From: Setoptus koraiensis
Taxonomy: Eukaryota > Animalia > Arthropoda
DNA: 64,000 nt
NCBI GenBank assembly: GCA_048013815.1
Contig: CM106586.1
Span: 14,756,001-14,820,000, forward strand
Direction of reading: 5' to 3'
Under the pieces are notes generated by a model. It saw only the letters and a list, made by a program, of their open reading frames with translations, had not been told where the DNA came from and ran no database searches. The position numbers were made by a program, and so were the translations under genes. Below are positions 23,642 to 37,870 of this stretch, piece by piece. Position 1 is the stretch's first letter; every line of letters starts with the position of its first letter.

Positions 23642-26228
23642 CATGGCAACTCGAATTTGAATGGCAACAAGCGAGCGATAAAGAGAAACGAAGGGGCACA
23701 CAAAAGAACGCGATAGTAGCGATATAATAATAATAATAACATTATGATGACACAGACACGCACACGCACGCCGCTGCAACACGACGCACACACACACACA
23801 CACACGGATACAGGTGAGGGCCGTGGGGCCCGTCTAGACAGTGTTGGCTAGGCAACATCCAAGTGCCGCCGGTAACGAAAATGGTTGTTGCAAGATGTTG
23901 TTTATAGGTGGCCGCGCGCGGACGGCGTATCGAGGTGCCCTCATAACAGCGGCTGATAACGGCGCCCTGTCTTGTTATAATGTCATTCATTCGCCGTTGC
24001 CGTCCGCGAGCGGCCCGTTGCTCGGGCAGCTCGAATATGGCGGCGCCCCCCCCCCCTAGCCCAACAAATAAGAATATTTATATCTAGATAAATATCTAAG
24101 CCTCCATATATTTATCTATTTGTGTGACCGATCGGCGCCGATCGAGGCGCCCGCTACACTGAGTGGCACAACAAATGAGCATTTGAAGTTGTCAAATGGG
24201 GCCCGTTGCCATATCTACACACTTGCCAGCGCCATTATTGCGCCCCACTTGCCATGAGGCGCGCCCATGAAGCGGATGCCAGGTTGGCGCTGTTGTGCCC
24301 AACTTGGCCGCCCGGGCCGCAACAGCGCCCCCTAGCCTACCTGTCTGGCGGATAATTCGTTTGTCGAGCCGGACCGCGGGCCAGCCAGTGATTGAGCCCG
24401 ACAATACATATATCTAAATGTAACGGTACCTCTCGTAGCGGTACCTCTCGTAGCGGTACTACGGTCACATGCCGCCATGTGCCGCGGCCACCGCCATTAA
24501 CCGGCCATGTGCCGGCTGGGTACCGGCAAATGTGGGCCCGCAAATGTAACGACACATGACGGCCAATGTGACGGCCAATGTGACGGTTAATATGACGGTT
24601 AATATAACGGTGAGCGGCGTCATGTAGCCGCGCCAATATGGGGCCAAATTACAGCCAGAGACAGATATACGAGATATACCGCGATATATACGAGATACAT
24701 GCGGCTATGATACGGATATACACGAGTGGCACGGGTAAAATATGGGTGTCTCGCCATTAAATTGTTGTGTCGCATTGTTTATCCGGGCGGCTCTTTTTTG
24801 GCGGGGCGCGTGCAGTTATACACTGTTACGGGCCGTTATCCGCCGTCATGGCCCGCTGTCCGCCGTTGTCCCGCGCTTTGTGCGCTGCCGGCCCGTGATG
24901 AATCAGTGTGTTTGCACAAGATTACCCATTCAGCGTGTTCGCCAGTAAATGTGCGGCCAGTAAATGTACCGCCAGCATCAATGACATAACACGAGCTTAA
25001 CTAGCGATGTTGCGTAATCATACGAGGCCGTGTGCACTCAGCAAATTGCAAATTATTTAAAGAGCGCAATTGAATTTGCCGCTGCTGCCCCCGCCGCCAT
25101 GTTGCGCAACCCTCATCACCTGGGCCACCACATAACGGTCCAATTGGCATCGCGGCTGGCGCTCGCCAACAGATGATCTCGTCGGGCTCGCCGGGTTGGT
25201 TGCCCGTTTGTTGCACGTGCCCGACGTTTGTGGCTCGTGCCCGACGTTTGTGGCGGCGACAAGGGGCGACGGCGACACGAGCAAACAATGGCGCACCAGT
25301 TACATAATTATAACAATGCTCGCGGCTTGTCAAGTGTCCCGCGATGCGAGCCCCCGATACGAGCTAGTGATTAATTAGCGAGGCCGTTTTGCGTTTTGTT
25401 TTGAATAATTGTTTTCGTGTTTGTATTTGTATATTTATTGAGACAAGCGACAGCGCAAAAGTTGATCAAGTCGCCGCTCGCCTGTTTGAGTGCGCATGAA
25501 AAGTAATTATCAGGGCCGGGCCCCAAGAGCCAAACCGGCCCAGATTTTCCGAATTTTCCGAATTTTCCGCTTGGGCCCACTCGTCGCTGGCCCGTCGCGG
25601 GCCTCGTCGCGGGCCTCGGTGCAGCGCCGAGCGGCCCAGATCCGCATAAAATGGCAACTATCTGGGCAACTATGATGACAATAATATAACGAGCCTATTA
25701 ACGAGAAATGAACTCAATCCGCTTCGAGTTCCCGAAAATGTTCCCGCGCCAAAACAGTGCCCGCTATGTGCGGTTGTTTTGCCCAGAGAGGCCCCGCTTT
25801 TTCATCACTATCATTATGCATTTGCGGTTGATATCATACCGTTGGATATGTGAGTTGGCCGCGATGGCCGCTGGTGGGCCCCCAACGCGACAGCCAGCTC
25901 GCGCTAGCTTGGCCGTGGCGAGTCCGCCGGGACCCGGCTTTTATTATTTATTTTATTTCAAATTTTTTCATACATTTTGCTGTTTTGTGCACGCTCGCAG
26001 CATGCCATTTTGCGCTTCGAAATGAGTGAATGTTTTGAGTGAAAGTTTTAGGAAAATTGGGAAAATGGGGAAAATTGCAGTTGAACGGTGCGCTGACCGG
26101 TGAATAATAGTAATAATGGTAATAATAATAATAGCGGCTATGTAGAGTATACTGGCTCCTTTAGTTAGTTTAGGTTAGTTGGTCGCTCGCTCGCCTGGTG
26201 ACGCGCCGAGATGCGGCCCGCGGGCCGG

Positions 26229-26552
26229 TCACTGGCTGGCGGGCAAGCCCGCCGATTGTTGAGCTTGGGCGCCGGCCTGCTGCTGCTGTTGATGTTGCTG
26301 TTGATGTTGCTGGTGATGTTGTTGTTGCTGCTGTTGTTGCGTGGTTGGCGACGACGACGACGAGGACGACGAATCACATTGTAGCAGCTTCACTATAGAC
26401 GGATCAGATTTCGCGCCCTCTATGAATTCCTCAAGCGATAAAATGCCATCGTAGTTTTTGTCCATCTGCTGGAATATCTTATCTGTTCTCTTTTCTGGCG
26501 TCGACTCGTCGTCGGGCATCTTCATCGTGGTACCTATCATCTTGTAAATGGC
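26229..26552 (-). CDS. Nca: Neurocalcin homolog, coding exon 4 (EF4 plus low-complexity tail); spliced product 233 aa
   Basis: Acceptor aatgccaag at 26553; [60 protein letters not shown] then S8-PTT-Q/H-rich tail to TGA. Exons 175+73+130+324 = 702 nt, in frame. Confidence 0.93.
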   Translation of the reverse strand, partial: AIYKMIGTTMKMPDDESTPEKRTDKIFQQMDKNYDGILSLEEFIEGAKSDPSIVKLLQCDSSSSSSSSPTTQQQQQQQHHQQHQQQHQQQQQAGAQAQQSAGLPASQ

Positions 26553-26945
26553 CTTGGCATTTGCATGACGTTGACGGTTGTTGTTTGATGGTTGTTGTTG
26601 CCGGGCGTTCGGGCCGGATATTTGGTTTGCGGGTCAGTTTGGGCAGATATTTGGGGGTGGTTGCGGCACACAACGGCCAGACATTTCGGCGAGACGACAA
26701 CTATTAGACAGACAGTTTGCGACAGTTTGAGTGAGTTGCGGGATTATCATCATCATCATCATCAGCGTGCCACTATTATTATTTTGGTTATTATTGCCCG
26801 CCGGCCGGCCGGCAGCAACACGTAATCTGGGCTAATCTCGCCGGCGGGCCGGCGGTCAGCGGGCAATTATTGCCGGCGCGGCGGTTATCATGCGCCGGTT
26901 GTGCGGCTGTTATAAGGCGGTTGTGCGGCTGTTATGAGGCGGTTA

Positions 26946-27341
<396 letters not shown>

Positions 27342-28347
27342 TCAGGGGCCCGCGCTTGTGCTTGACCTGGCCGCTCGTTTCGGCGAGGCGCCTCACGCCT
27401 AAGAGAATAATATAAAATAGCGGCAAGTCGCTCTATACGTCGCTCTATACGTCGCTCTATACGTCGCTATATACGTCGCTGTATACGTCGGGGCCCGCGA
27501 GCGAGCTTGCCGATGGACAAACGCCAGCGACAGCCAGCCAGCGACAGGCAGCCAGCGAGAGACAGCCAGCCAAAGACAGCGAGCCAAAGAGAGATAAGAC
27601 GAGATGAGTCGCGGCTGTCGTATTATAGCTGCCGTTGCGGTTGTCTCTCATGCATCGGCGCCCAGCTTAAGACATCGCGGGCCCGTGGCGAGACCGAGGC
27701 GCCCGTCGGGCCCGCTGAGCTTGGCGCGGCCCGTTGAGCCAGTGAGCGCTGGCTGTTGCGGACAAACTCTAAAACAATAGGTTACAAAATCGCCCCTATA
27801 CGCGGCTGCGTTGAGTTTTTGATCCGGCGGTGCCGCTGGCGCGTATCACTTCTTGATGCTGGCGCGTATCACATTGGGGCGATGATGGCGCGCATCACTT
27901 CGTTATGGTGGCGCGTATCACATTGTGGCGACCATGGCGAGCATCAAAAGTATCAAAAGCACCTACGGCGCCCACAGCACCGCCGCTTCAAAGTATCAAG
28001 AGGCGCCCATTGGCGGCAAGCCGATCCGGGGGCCGCCACTTGATCCAGCCAGCCAGCCAGACAGCCCGCCAGGCGGCCAGGCGGCCTGTGGGCCCCAACT
28101 GTGTACTTGTCAGGTTTTGCAAACGGCGAGCCAGACGAACCGCAAATTCGAGCCTCCACACGGCTGGCTTGTGTTGCAGCGTTGTCTCCTCCTAAGCGGG
28201 GCCCCAACTCTCTTATCTACTCCTCTTTCATTATTCCGTTGTGCCTGATGTTTGTGCTGGAGTCGGCGTGGCGGCGGGGCCCCGTCGCGGGCCCCGCCAC
28301 ATCATGAGTGATGCGCGCTGACTCGCGCCGCGGCCAATGTAACTCAC

Positions 28348-28420
28348 CTGAAATCTATTGTTCCATCTGAATTCGAGTCAAACGTTCTGAATACGTGCTC
28401 GGCAAACTTGGAAGCATCAC
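28348..28420 (-). CDS. Nca: Neurocalcin homolog, coding exon 2 (not in ORF track)
   Basis: Acceptor gtccccttag at 28421; encodes [24 protein letters not shown](R), the EF2 loop; donor AG|GTGAGT at 28347; phases match exons 1 and 3. Confidence 0.95.
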
Positions 28421-28727
28421 CTAAGGGGACACATTTGTGCGCGCCGTGCCACCCACAGCCACGTCGTGTGAGCAAAGGGATAAGGCGACAAGCGGACAGA
28501 CAGGGGAGCATGGGAGAGAGGGAGAAGGGAGAGAGAGATGGTAGTTAGTTTGGCTGGTTAGTTTATTTTTGCTATGATGCCGCCGAGAGCGACTTGGCCC
28601 CGCAGCGACTAGGCCAACAGCGAGTCGACGAGTCGCAAATTCAAGGTAACCGATGCCAGTTTGCTGGCAGTCGCCACTTGGCGGCACTCTCGAGATGGGG
28701 CCCACGAGATTCGCGGGCCGCAAAGGC

Positions 28728-28821
28728 GTGCGTCTATGTTATGCAACCGAGTGCGTCTATGTTATGCAACCGAGTGCGTCGTGTCGTGCAACCGAGTGCG
28801 CCGTGTTATGCAACCGAGTGC
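28728..28821. repeat. About 23-bp tandem repeat x4 in Nca intron 1 (GTGCGTCTATGTTATGCAACCGA)
   Basis: Direct reading. Confidence 0.88.
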
Positions 28822-29828
28822 ACCGAGGGCTGTCTCTTTTCAATCAATTTAAATCAAGTACCAGAGGCTGCTGTCAGGGGGCGACCGGTTTGTCGGGCCG
28901 CCAACAGCGACCGATAATAACGAGTTGTCCCGTTACCCGCCGGGCCCGCCGGCTGCTGGCTGCTGGCTGCTGGCACAGCGGCGGCACCAATTGCAGATCG
29001 AAACAAGCTGACAGTTGCAATTCCGCGCCCCCGCCCGCTCCCGTATCGGCAGCCGGCCAGCGAGCGGGCCTCCATTCTTGACTCGGTTGGCGCTTCTCAT
29101 CGACTCGTTACACTTTGCGTCGGCCAGCCAGAGCCCGTCGGGTGCCCGTCGGCGAGCCGTGGCCCGCTGAGAAAAAAGCCTCGTTGCCAGCGAGCGGCGG
29201 CGGATAAACTGGGCCGCATCGGCGATCGGCCCCTGCAACCATCGACGACGGGTGATGTTGACATGGCGCGCGCCCGATATCACGTCGGCACACGGCGACA
29301 ATATCGGCTTGCTAACTAGCCGGCTGGGCGCCGGCGATCCATCAACCGCTCATTGTCTCAGAGCCCCGAGCTCGCCCTGATTCAATCTGGCCAGCCTGGC
29401 TCATCTTAATCGCGCTAGGCCCCAACAGCCGGGCCCCAATTGCAGGCCCCAATCGCGGGCCTCAACCGCGGTCGCCTATCATGGGGGCCTCGACCGCGGG
29501 CCTCAATTGGGGCCCGGCTGTTGGGTAATTTGGCGGCAGCGAGATGCAAGATGATTGCGTCATGCCAACGACAACGGCGACACACACACACCCGACGGTC
29601 GTCGTGCTGCAAACAAGTGGCAAGCCCGTTGCGGCAAGCGGCCCACGGTTGTTTCGGGCCGCCATACAAGCCGCCGACAAGTGACAATGATATCTCGGTG
29701 TCTCGGATATGGCGCGCTGGCGGCCACATCGGCAACTAATTTTAGCGAGAGCTCGCTGGCGTGGTGCCGGCGCCACCCAACGGCACCGTTACACGCAACG
29801 CAAATCGCAATGTAGTTTGCAAACTTAC

Positions 29829-30003
29829 CATAAGGAAAAAAATTACCATATATCTTTTTGAATTCTTCTATACCTAAATGGCCGCTAGGGCAGTCTTTGA
29901 GGAATCCCTTGTACCATTCTTGTATTTCCCTTTCGCTGAACTCTGTATTCTGGCGCAGATCTTCCAAAACTTCGGGCTTTAATTTGCTGTTTTGTTTGCC
30001 CAT
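29829..30003 (-). CDS. Nca: Neurocalcin homolog (NCS family EF-hand calcium sensor), coding exon 1 of 4
   Basis: ATG at 30003; [58 protein letters not shown]; N-myristoylation Gly2 and CPSG EF1; phase-1 donor G|GTAAG at 29828. Confidence 0.96.
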
Positions 30004-33000
30004 GATGTTTGCCGGCTCTCGAGGTCGCTTTTTCGTGACACTTTCGCTGTCGACTGTTTGCCAACCGCTCAATATTATGTAACGAATATCGCTCGTCGTT
30101 GGCTTTTGTCGTTTGTTTGCTCTCTATCTCGCTGGCTGGCTCGCTCGCCGCTGTCTTGTCAATCACACTGCAAATTTGAAATCGCTGGCGCGTCTAGCTC
30201 GTCATGTTGGCCGCTTGAGAGGCCCACTGACTGGTTGATTGACGCGATCGGGTCGCAATTTTCCGCTCACACAATTTTTCGCGCGGCAATTTGAGATTGG
30301 CGGCTTCTCAGGGGCTCGTTTCGCCGACAATCGGCTCGCGCTGTTCCGGATTTTGACTTGTTTTTCGCAGTTCGGCTCGCCGTTCCGGATTTCGACCGGG
30401 TCAAATGTGAACTTTCGAACGCCGAGTTTGAAGCTTCGAACGCCGAATTAAAACTTGTGCCAATTGGGGGCTAGATGGCGCGCTGCGAGCTTGATTGCTG
30501 ACTGGTGTTCGCTGGGACGTCACTATTGCACAATTTGCGTAGCTACTTCGTTTCTTCGGCTTCGTTCGCGACACTGAGCATCGACAGTGATTAACAACAG
30601 TCGACACAATCAAAACAATGGATAAAACACGAATGACGTAATGCGAGGTTGTTGTCGTGACACGGGCCCCCATCGACTGCCTGTTTGCATGCTCAGTTTT
30701 CGCAACAAAACAGCGCGCCACGAAAAAAAAACGCCGATGCGCGCAATTGGCCGCCCCGCTGCCGACCGGATGCCGCCGCCGCCGTTCTTTTGGGGCGCCC
30801 CAAAAGAGCGAGGCGCGCATGGTGGCGCGTGCCCAGCCAGCGCCATCGGCGGCTGTGCGCCGAATCAAACACGTGACGTGGGCCCGATTTGCGACGCGCA
30901 TATTATCGTCGCAAGCGCGTCGCGGGCTCCTCGCAAGCCGCTCGTGCCACTTCTCGTGTCGGTGGCGCGGGCGCGGGCCGGCAGCCAGCTGCGTGCGCGG
31001 CCCGCGCCCAACGACCGTGAGTGCGCCAACGCGCGTACCCGCGTAACCCGTTCATTTCGCCGCGCGTCGGGCCGTACATTGTCGGGCCGTACATTGTCGG
31101 GCCGCTTTTATGCGCGCACGAGTATAAGTAGCGTGCGGTCCGCTTTGTGCACCGGCTGCCCTCATTATGTACTGTGCGTTACGCACATTCGGCGCTCGGG
31201 CGCTTGCCCGAGCCGCACAATTTCCGGCGCGCAGCGACACCGCGCTCCTCTGAACAGTCGTCTGTACCTAAATGGCGCCGACCGGCCCGCTATTGTCAAT
31301 ACTGCTGGCTCAATGGCGTATTGGGGCCCGGCGCCGCCGGCCAATAGCGAGCGCCGGCCGGCCAAATGTGGCGACAAATAGAAGAATATCATTCCAGATC
31401 CATTGACGACGATATGGCCGGCGGATCGCGCCGCGCCATTGACAATGGTCGCCTTCGCCGGCCCCCTATCGGCCGGCCCTTGTGAATTTGTTAATTGACA
31501 ATTTCCTGAGCCAGTTGGCGAGTTATTCACGCTTGACGCCGGCCGGCCGGTCGTCGCAGCGGCATCGTCGGCGCCCACAAGATCGCCAGTCGCTGCAACA
31601 TCGTCGGTCACCGGGCGCAGTGGAGCTTGCACTGGGGCCCCGTAGGCCCAGTGGCCCCGATAGCCCGATCGCCGGCCGAGCCCGACTCGAGTCGGCTGTG
31701 CGCGAGCGGCCGAATCGAGCTAAATCGGGCTGAATCGGGCCGATTCGGGCCGAATTGGAGCCGAGCCGAGATTCCGAGCGACGGGCGCAGTGGGGCCCAG
31801 GGGCCCCACTGGAGCGGCGCATTAGGGGCCCTATTTAGCGATAATAAGCTGTTTGTGAGTGGCACAACGGCGGCGCCGACAACAGCGACGGAGACAGCTC
31901 AAGATCGACGCCGCGGCTCTCCTGTGTGCACGGCCCGGTGATAAGTGGTTCTTGATTTTGATAGATTGCGTCCCGGCCGCCAGAAGATGGCCAATGTTGC
32001 GGCGTGGCGGCTGTTGTCGCCGGGCTACCCGCCGGGCAGCTCGTGCAGCCGGCAGTTGGGGTCAAGCAGCCTGGCGGACGGGGCGCCAACTTATCATTGT
32101 TGGCCAACTTGTTAGGATTGGCCAGCGGAGATTGGCCCTTTTGTCGGCGGCGGCGGCGACGTCAATTTAATGAGCGCACTTGCCTGGCAGCGATAGTCGC
32201 CCAGCTATGGCCGCCACTGATAGTTGCCGATGACGACACCCCGTCAACCGGCCGCCGGCCCGAATCGATTTGTGCGGCCGTCTGGCCGGGGCCGGCCCGG
32301 CCCGGCCCGGCGAGACAACAACTGCTCTAATTGGCGCCCAGTTGCGCTCTCAATTCACTGCAGAGTCACAATTCACTCTGCTCTATTAACTCCAGCCCTT
32401 ACGTAACTCTGACCCCTGGCTATTGCGTAACTCGCGCTGTTGCGTAACTCGCGCTGTTGCGTAACTCGGACAACTCTTACGTAACTGTCTGCTGGCATGT
32501 TTGCTGTGTGTGTGTGTGTGTTGTGTGTCTATCATGTCTGTCCTGTCTGTCGTATCTGTCATGTCTCATGGCCACGAGATAGTGGACAGTGGTGCGCGGT
32601 GCACTGCAAACAACTTGACACTTTTGCAAACCGGAAGTTGCCCCGCTCGCTTAATCCACATAGACACACGAACGCACGGACACACGAACGCACGGACACA
32701 CGAACGCACGGACACACGGACACATAGACAACGGACTGGTGATTCGCGAGTTGTGTGAGTGATACATCGGGCGACACAATTGGGCCAACAAACGCACCAC
32801 TACACACACAAACATTGACTTTGGGCCTCGGCCCGCCACTGTCCTGATGTTAGCCAATTTAGGGGCCCGGCCTCACATTCATCTCACTCACTTGAGGCGC
32901 CCCGCCAGCCGGCCGAGCCCGGACTCACTTCAGACTCACAAACTTTGCTTTGTGTGTAAAGTTTACAATTAAGCGCCGTTTGTGCAACAACAATAATGAC

Positions 33001-36000
33001 CGTTTGATCTTTATCTGCTGCTCGTTACTTTTATTGTCCGCCGCCAGTCGCAAATTGTTGTAGCGGGCCTCAGATTGTTGTAGCGGGCCTCAGATTGTTG
33101 TAGCGGGCCTCAGATCGTTGTAGCGAGTCGGCAATTGTTGTAGCGAGTGGCAACAACAACCGCTCTTGTGACAAGAGTCGCAACAACAAGATCAATGGCT
33201 GTTGTTGCGACCTGCGACAACAAACAATAAACAACTGGACGCAATCAGCATCGTGCTCTGGCGCTCGCATTGCGCCCTCGGGGGCCCCAAAATTTTCTAG
33301 ATTTTCTCTCAAAAAATCTGCAAAGCTTAGCCAATTTAAACTAAATTTCACTACAACTGTTTCTCTAATTCTGGCGCTAATTCCAATGTGACTTGCGTAT
33401 TATGTAAGCGGCCGAGCTTGAGCCGCTCGCAAGTGGCGCGTTGCAGCGGCCGGCCAGAGTGTCCGGTGACAAGTTAACAGCGACAATTAATTAGATCAGA
33501 TCGGGGACCCAGTGACTCAGTGGCACTGAGAAGCAAGGGCGCCGCAAGGGAGGCCCAAACTTGATTGAGTTGATATTATTTGATTGGCGCCGAGGGAAGT
33601 TCAATTGTGCCCACTTTGAGCTTGGCTGGTGGCATGGCTGGGCAGGTGAGCGAGGTGCACATTGGATCGGATTTATTAATTTTATTAATTAATCGCCCAC
33701 ATCGAGTCAGTTATTCTCGGCGCGATCCAAGCGGCCGTTCCGGGAATGATAAATATCTGTCAATATTGGCCGTGACTTGAAATTATGAGTCAAATGGCAA
33801 AAATTCCACTCAGATGCTGCCCCAATGATGCCCATCATTGCAATTCCACCCCCACCCCCACCCCCCCTGTGAAACTCCGACGAGCACTCACAGCCTATGA
33901 GTCATAGGGCTTATGACGTAAGCTACCCGTGCACCCGGTCGTCGGGTCACGGGCTATTCGCGACTCACCTGGCGAATAGCCCGTGACCCAACGAGTGCTC
34001 GCAATCGCGGAATAAATCGGAATAATAAATTGGCTCGCCGTCGTTGTGCAGGCATGCTGCCCGAGCGGCTTTTATGCCCGAGCGGCTTTTTTGCCCGAGC
34101 GGCCTTTTTGGCCGATTTTCCAGACGCTTTCCAGACTGTCGAGTCTGGAAAAATCGGCCCTCTCCGGGGCCAGAATTTCCATTGGGTTATTATTACAACT
34201 TGCAGCTTGACATATAAGTGGCGCCAGACTGGCCGGTATTTTCGCATCACGATCGCTAGATTAGCGATTCCGGCACAGAGTGGCGAATCATCGGCCAGCG
34301 GCGATTGCGTCACACTGGCGGACGCGGTCAGGGGCCGAATTGGAAATAAGTGAGGCAGCCGGAGCTTCTTCGGTCGAGCCGGGCGTTGCGGAATGGTCGA
34401 GAATGAGAAAAGCCAGCCAATGGTGGATTAATTTTGTTGCTCGCAACGGCCGCTTTATCGCCGGCTATTTTATTTCGCTGTTTGTCAAATGCGCGCGAGC
34501 CGGTCGTTGGGGCCGCGCGTATTTATTGGCGAGACGGTGGCGAGTGGGGGCCAGTTAATTGGCCTCAATGGCGATATCAATTGATGCCGGCCATCTATTG
34601 ATATTGCGATATTGCATGACAGTTACACGAACACGACTCGAAATCGGCTTGCCGCCGGGCCGGCAATCAATTAATTATCTGCGACTTGTTTGTCCGCTTG
34701 TTTGTCTGCTTTTTTTGGCGGGCCTCGTTGCAAGTGGGGCCAGCGTGACGATCGGAGGCCAAAGTGGCCTGGCAACGTATGAATTGGTCGCCAAAATATT
34801 ACCTATTCACACACAGTGACTGCGGCGAGCTACCAGGGCCAGTTGGGGCGCTCACACGGCTGATTGAATTGATTCCAACTGGGTGCAACTCAATTGCCGG
34901 CACAAACACGGCGCCGGATAATCCATTTAACAGCGAGAATTGTATCGTTTCGCGTTTGGCCCCCCCCCCGCACACAATGAAAAGTCGCAAACTCAATTAA
35001 GCGGGATGCAAGTGCGCAAAAGTGAGTCGTGTCGACCTCTTTTTTCCCTATCTCTCTCTCTCTCTCTCTATTGAATAATCAAATGCGTTATTGTGCGACT
35101 GAATTTATTTGACTGAGCCCATTTATCCGCGGCGGCTCCGCAGTGCGTGCTCGCGTCGACGGGACAATGGGGCCCCTCGTAGGGCCCCGCTCGCTGGCTT
35201 GGCGTGCACGCTGTGTGGCGGGCGCCACGAGCACGACGAGCGAGACACGCAGCGATATAGCCAGATATTGTGGCCAAGAAATGAGCGTCAATAAATTCAT
35301 GAATCTACATGAATTTGCATGAATTGCGCTCATGCGACGCACAACTCTATTCAGCTCTTTCGGCTAGCCGGCCCGGGCGCCCCTCGCGCCGCCACGAGAG
35401 CGGGCGCTGTCGTGCAGCCGGCGACGACGTTTTTTATGTTATTATCGCATCGATCGTTATCAGGCGGCCCCCGATAATATCGACGCGTGTGACATATTCA
35501 GGTTACACCTCAGGTGTCGGCCGCTCGGTCAGACGGTTTGACAGGCCGCGGGCCCGCGACAGCCCGGCAAGATTGTTGTCATGGCGCGCTGACAACAATC
35601 TCGCCGTGTCGCCCGGGGTATGTGCGCCGTCCGGGCTCCGCGCGTACCCCGGCGCCGCCAGTCAGCTCATCGACATGCAGGCCAATTAAACGGGGCCCAA
35701 TGTCGGACCGACGTCGGGTCGATGTCGGCCCAGTGCCGGCCCAAAGGTTCGAGAACGTTCGCGGGGAAAATATTGCTTCGAAAATGACATTTTCGAATTT
35801 GCAAATAAACAACCAATCGTTGAGCGTTACCGTGTGGGCCCGCGCGACGGGCGCCTCTTCAATCAGTCAGCGACAGTCAGCGCCATTCAGCGACTTGTTT
35901 GCGACATTTGTCCGCGGTGGCAAGTGGCCCAAGTGGGCGCGTGCTCGCGCCACGAGTTAGTCACATTGTTACGCTGTGATTGTTGTTGCGCACGTACTGG

Positions 36001-36977
36001 ACTGTCGAGCACGTACTTGCCGGCCCGACAACTAATTAATGGCTGAATAATCATCGTGCCAGCCGCCACACTCACTATCCGGTGAGTCACTATCCGGTGC
36101 GGCTGCCCAGTGCACAGGTGAGCAATTGGGGCCCCGATCATCATTTTTTTGTTATTGGGCCGCCGCCGACTGTATGTGGCTCGCGACTTGCGAGCGCAAC
36201 AACTAGCCGGCCCGCTGCGCGCTGCCATTGACCGGCCCGGCGCCATCGGCCGGCCCGCTGTCGTGCGCGCGACAAAATCAATTGCTCGCGGCTCGCGGCC
36301 CGTGGCGCGTGTACGTGCCGTGCTGCGTACGTGCTGCGGCGGCCATCTATCTTGTTACACAATCAGTCACCATTATGTGTGCGCCATATCTCATTTGTTG
36401 TTTAGTGTTTGTTGTTGTCGCTTGTTGTTTGCCTTGTTGTTCTGTGGCCGGGGCCCGCGCGCCACCCTATCCGGCCGGCGGATTGCGCTGCCCGTGCGCC
36501 GTCTGTGCGCCGTCTATCCGCCGGCCAGACCGTTATCTCAGCGTCACTTATCTGCATTACACATCAGGTGAGTGTGTGCGCAATTAGTTGAAAGGGAACC
36601 CCGCGCGATAAAAGCCGGCACGCGCTGCGCGATATCGCCTCGGCGCGGCTATGCGAGCGAGCGAGCGAGCGGGCCGGCCGGCACTGCATTAATAATTGCG
36701 CTGGCGTGCGCGTCCCGCAGCCCGACAAACGACCAACAGCAGGCCCGACGAACAACAAACTCCGACAAACTGCCAAACGGCAACAAACAACGGCATAATA
36801 ATAGCATAATAGCACGACGGTAATAGTAATAATCTTTGTCCATATTGCGTAATGGGATGCACACACACTTACCCAGGTATTTGGGGCCCGTCGCCACTCT
36901 ATCATCGGCCGCCTTGTTTTTAAATTATCTAGCCAGCCCGCGCGGCCCGGCCCGGCCCGGCCAATACAACCTGTCAA

Positions 36978-37022
<45 letters not shown>

Positions 37023-37460
37023 CGGAGTAATTGTATTACCACAGCCCGGCCGGCGCTGACAATTTTCAGAGCGACCATTCAAGTCGGTCGGGCCGGCTAT
37101 TAATAGTGGCGCGCGCGACAGCGGCTGACACAGGCCGATAGTGGCAGCGCCAAAAGTGGCTCTCTCCTTTAAAATCATTACGATGACGCAACCAGCGATG
37201 ACAACCTGGCCGGCAGCGAGACAGCGCGCCCAGACGCAGCGAGCCGGCCCGCAAACAACTTGTCGTTTGGGGCCCGCCGACGCGGCCGCGCTGTCGTCGG
37301 CGGGCTCGTCGGCCGCGCTGTCGTCGGCGGCCTCGGCGGCAATAATGTTAATGTGCTGATGCTAATAGTAGCCGCGCCACTACTACCGCTAATGGCGCCA
37401 CCGCCGCCCGAGCCAGCTACTAATACAATTATCCGCAGCCATTCTTATCTGCCGGTGCTT

Positions 37461-37870
37461 TCGTTGTTGTTGTTGTTGCTGTCGTTGTTGTTGTTGTTGC
37501 TGTCGTTGCTGTTGTTGTTGCTGCTGTCGTTGTTGTTGTTGTCGCTGTTGTTGCCAGCGTTTGACAATTATGGGCAATTTGTTGTTTGTCGCTGTCGTCG
37601 TTGTCTTTTTGTTGCTCTCCGCCGCGTCTCGCCACACGCAGCCACACGGGCACGCGAAACAGGTGAAACGGGGCCCCTCGCCAATTTGCGCATATGGCGC
37701 CGCCCGAGCGGCCAGCCCAGCAAATCGACAGCTCGACAACTCGGCGACCCGACGACTCGACAACCCGAAAGCCCGACGACTCGACGACCCGAAAGCCCGA
37801 CGACTCGACAACCCGAAAGCCCGACGACTAGGCGACTCGGCGACTCGACAGCCCGACAGCCCGACAGCCC
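37461..37870. repeat. (TTG/CTG/TCG)n tract followed by a 24-bp minisatellite (CCCGACGACTCGACAACCCGAAAG)
   Basis: Triplet tract 37461-37553; minisatellite about 37735-37870. Confidence 0.85.

Noticed and set aside
26161-26182. TTAGGTTAG, a telomere or telomerase-template-like stretch
   Set aside because: Under two repeats inside a degenerate (TTAG)n patch of the Nca 3'UTR.
6400-26200. Numerous 60-240 aa ORFs here and at 30.1-44.5 kb
   Set aside because: Arg/Ala/Pro/Cys-rich translations typical of GC-rich non-coding DNA, overlapping on both strands, with no recognisable motif. Small real exons cannot be fully excluded.
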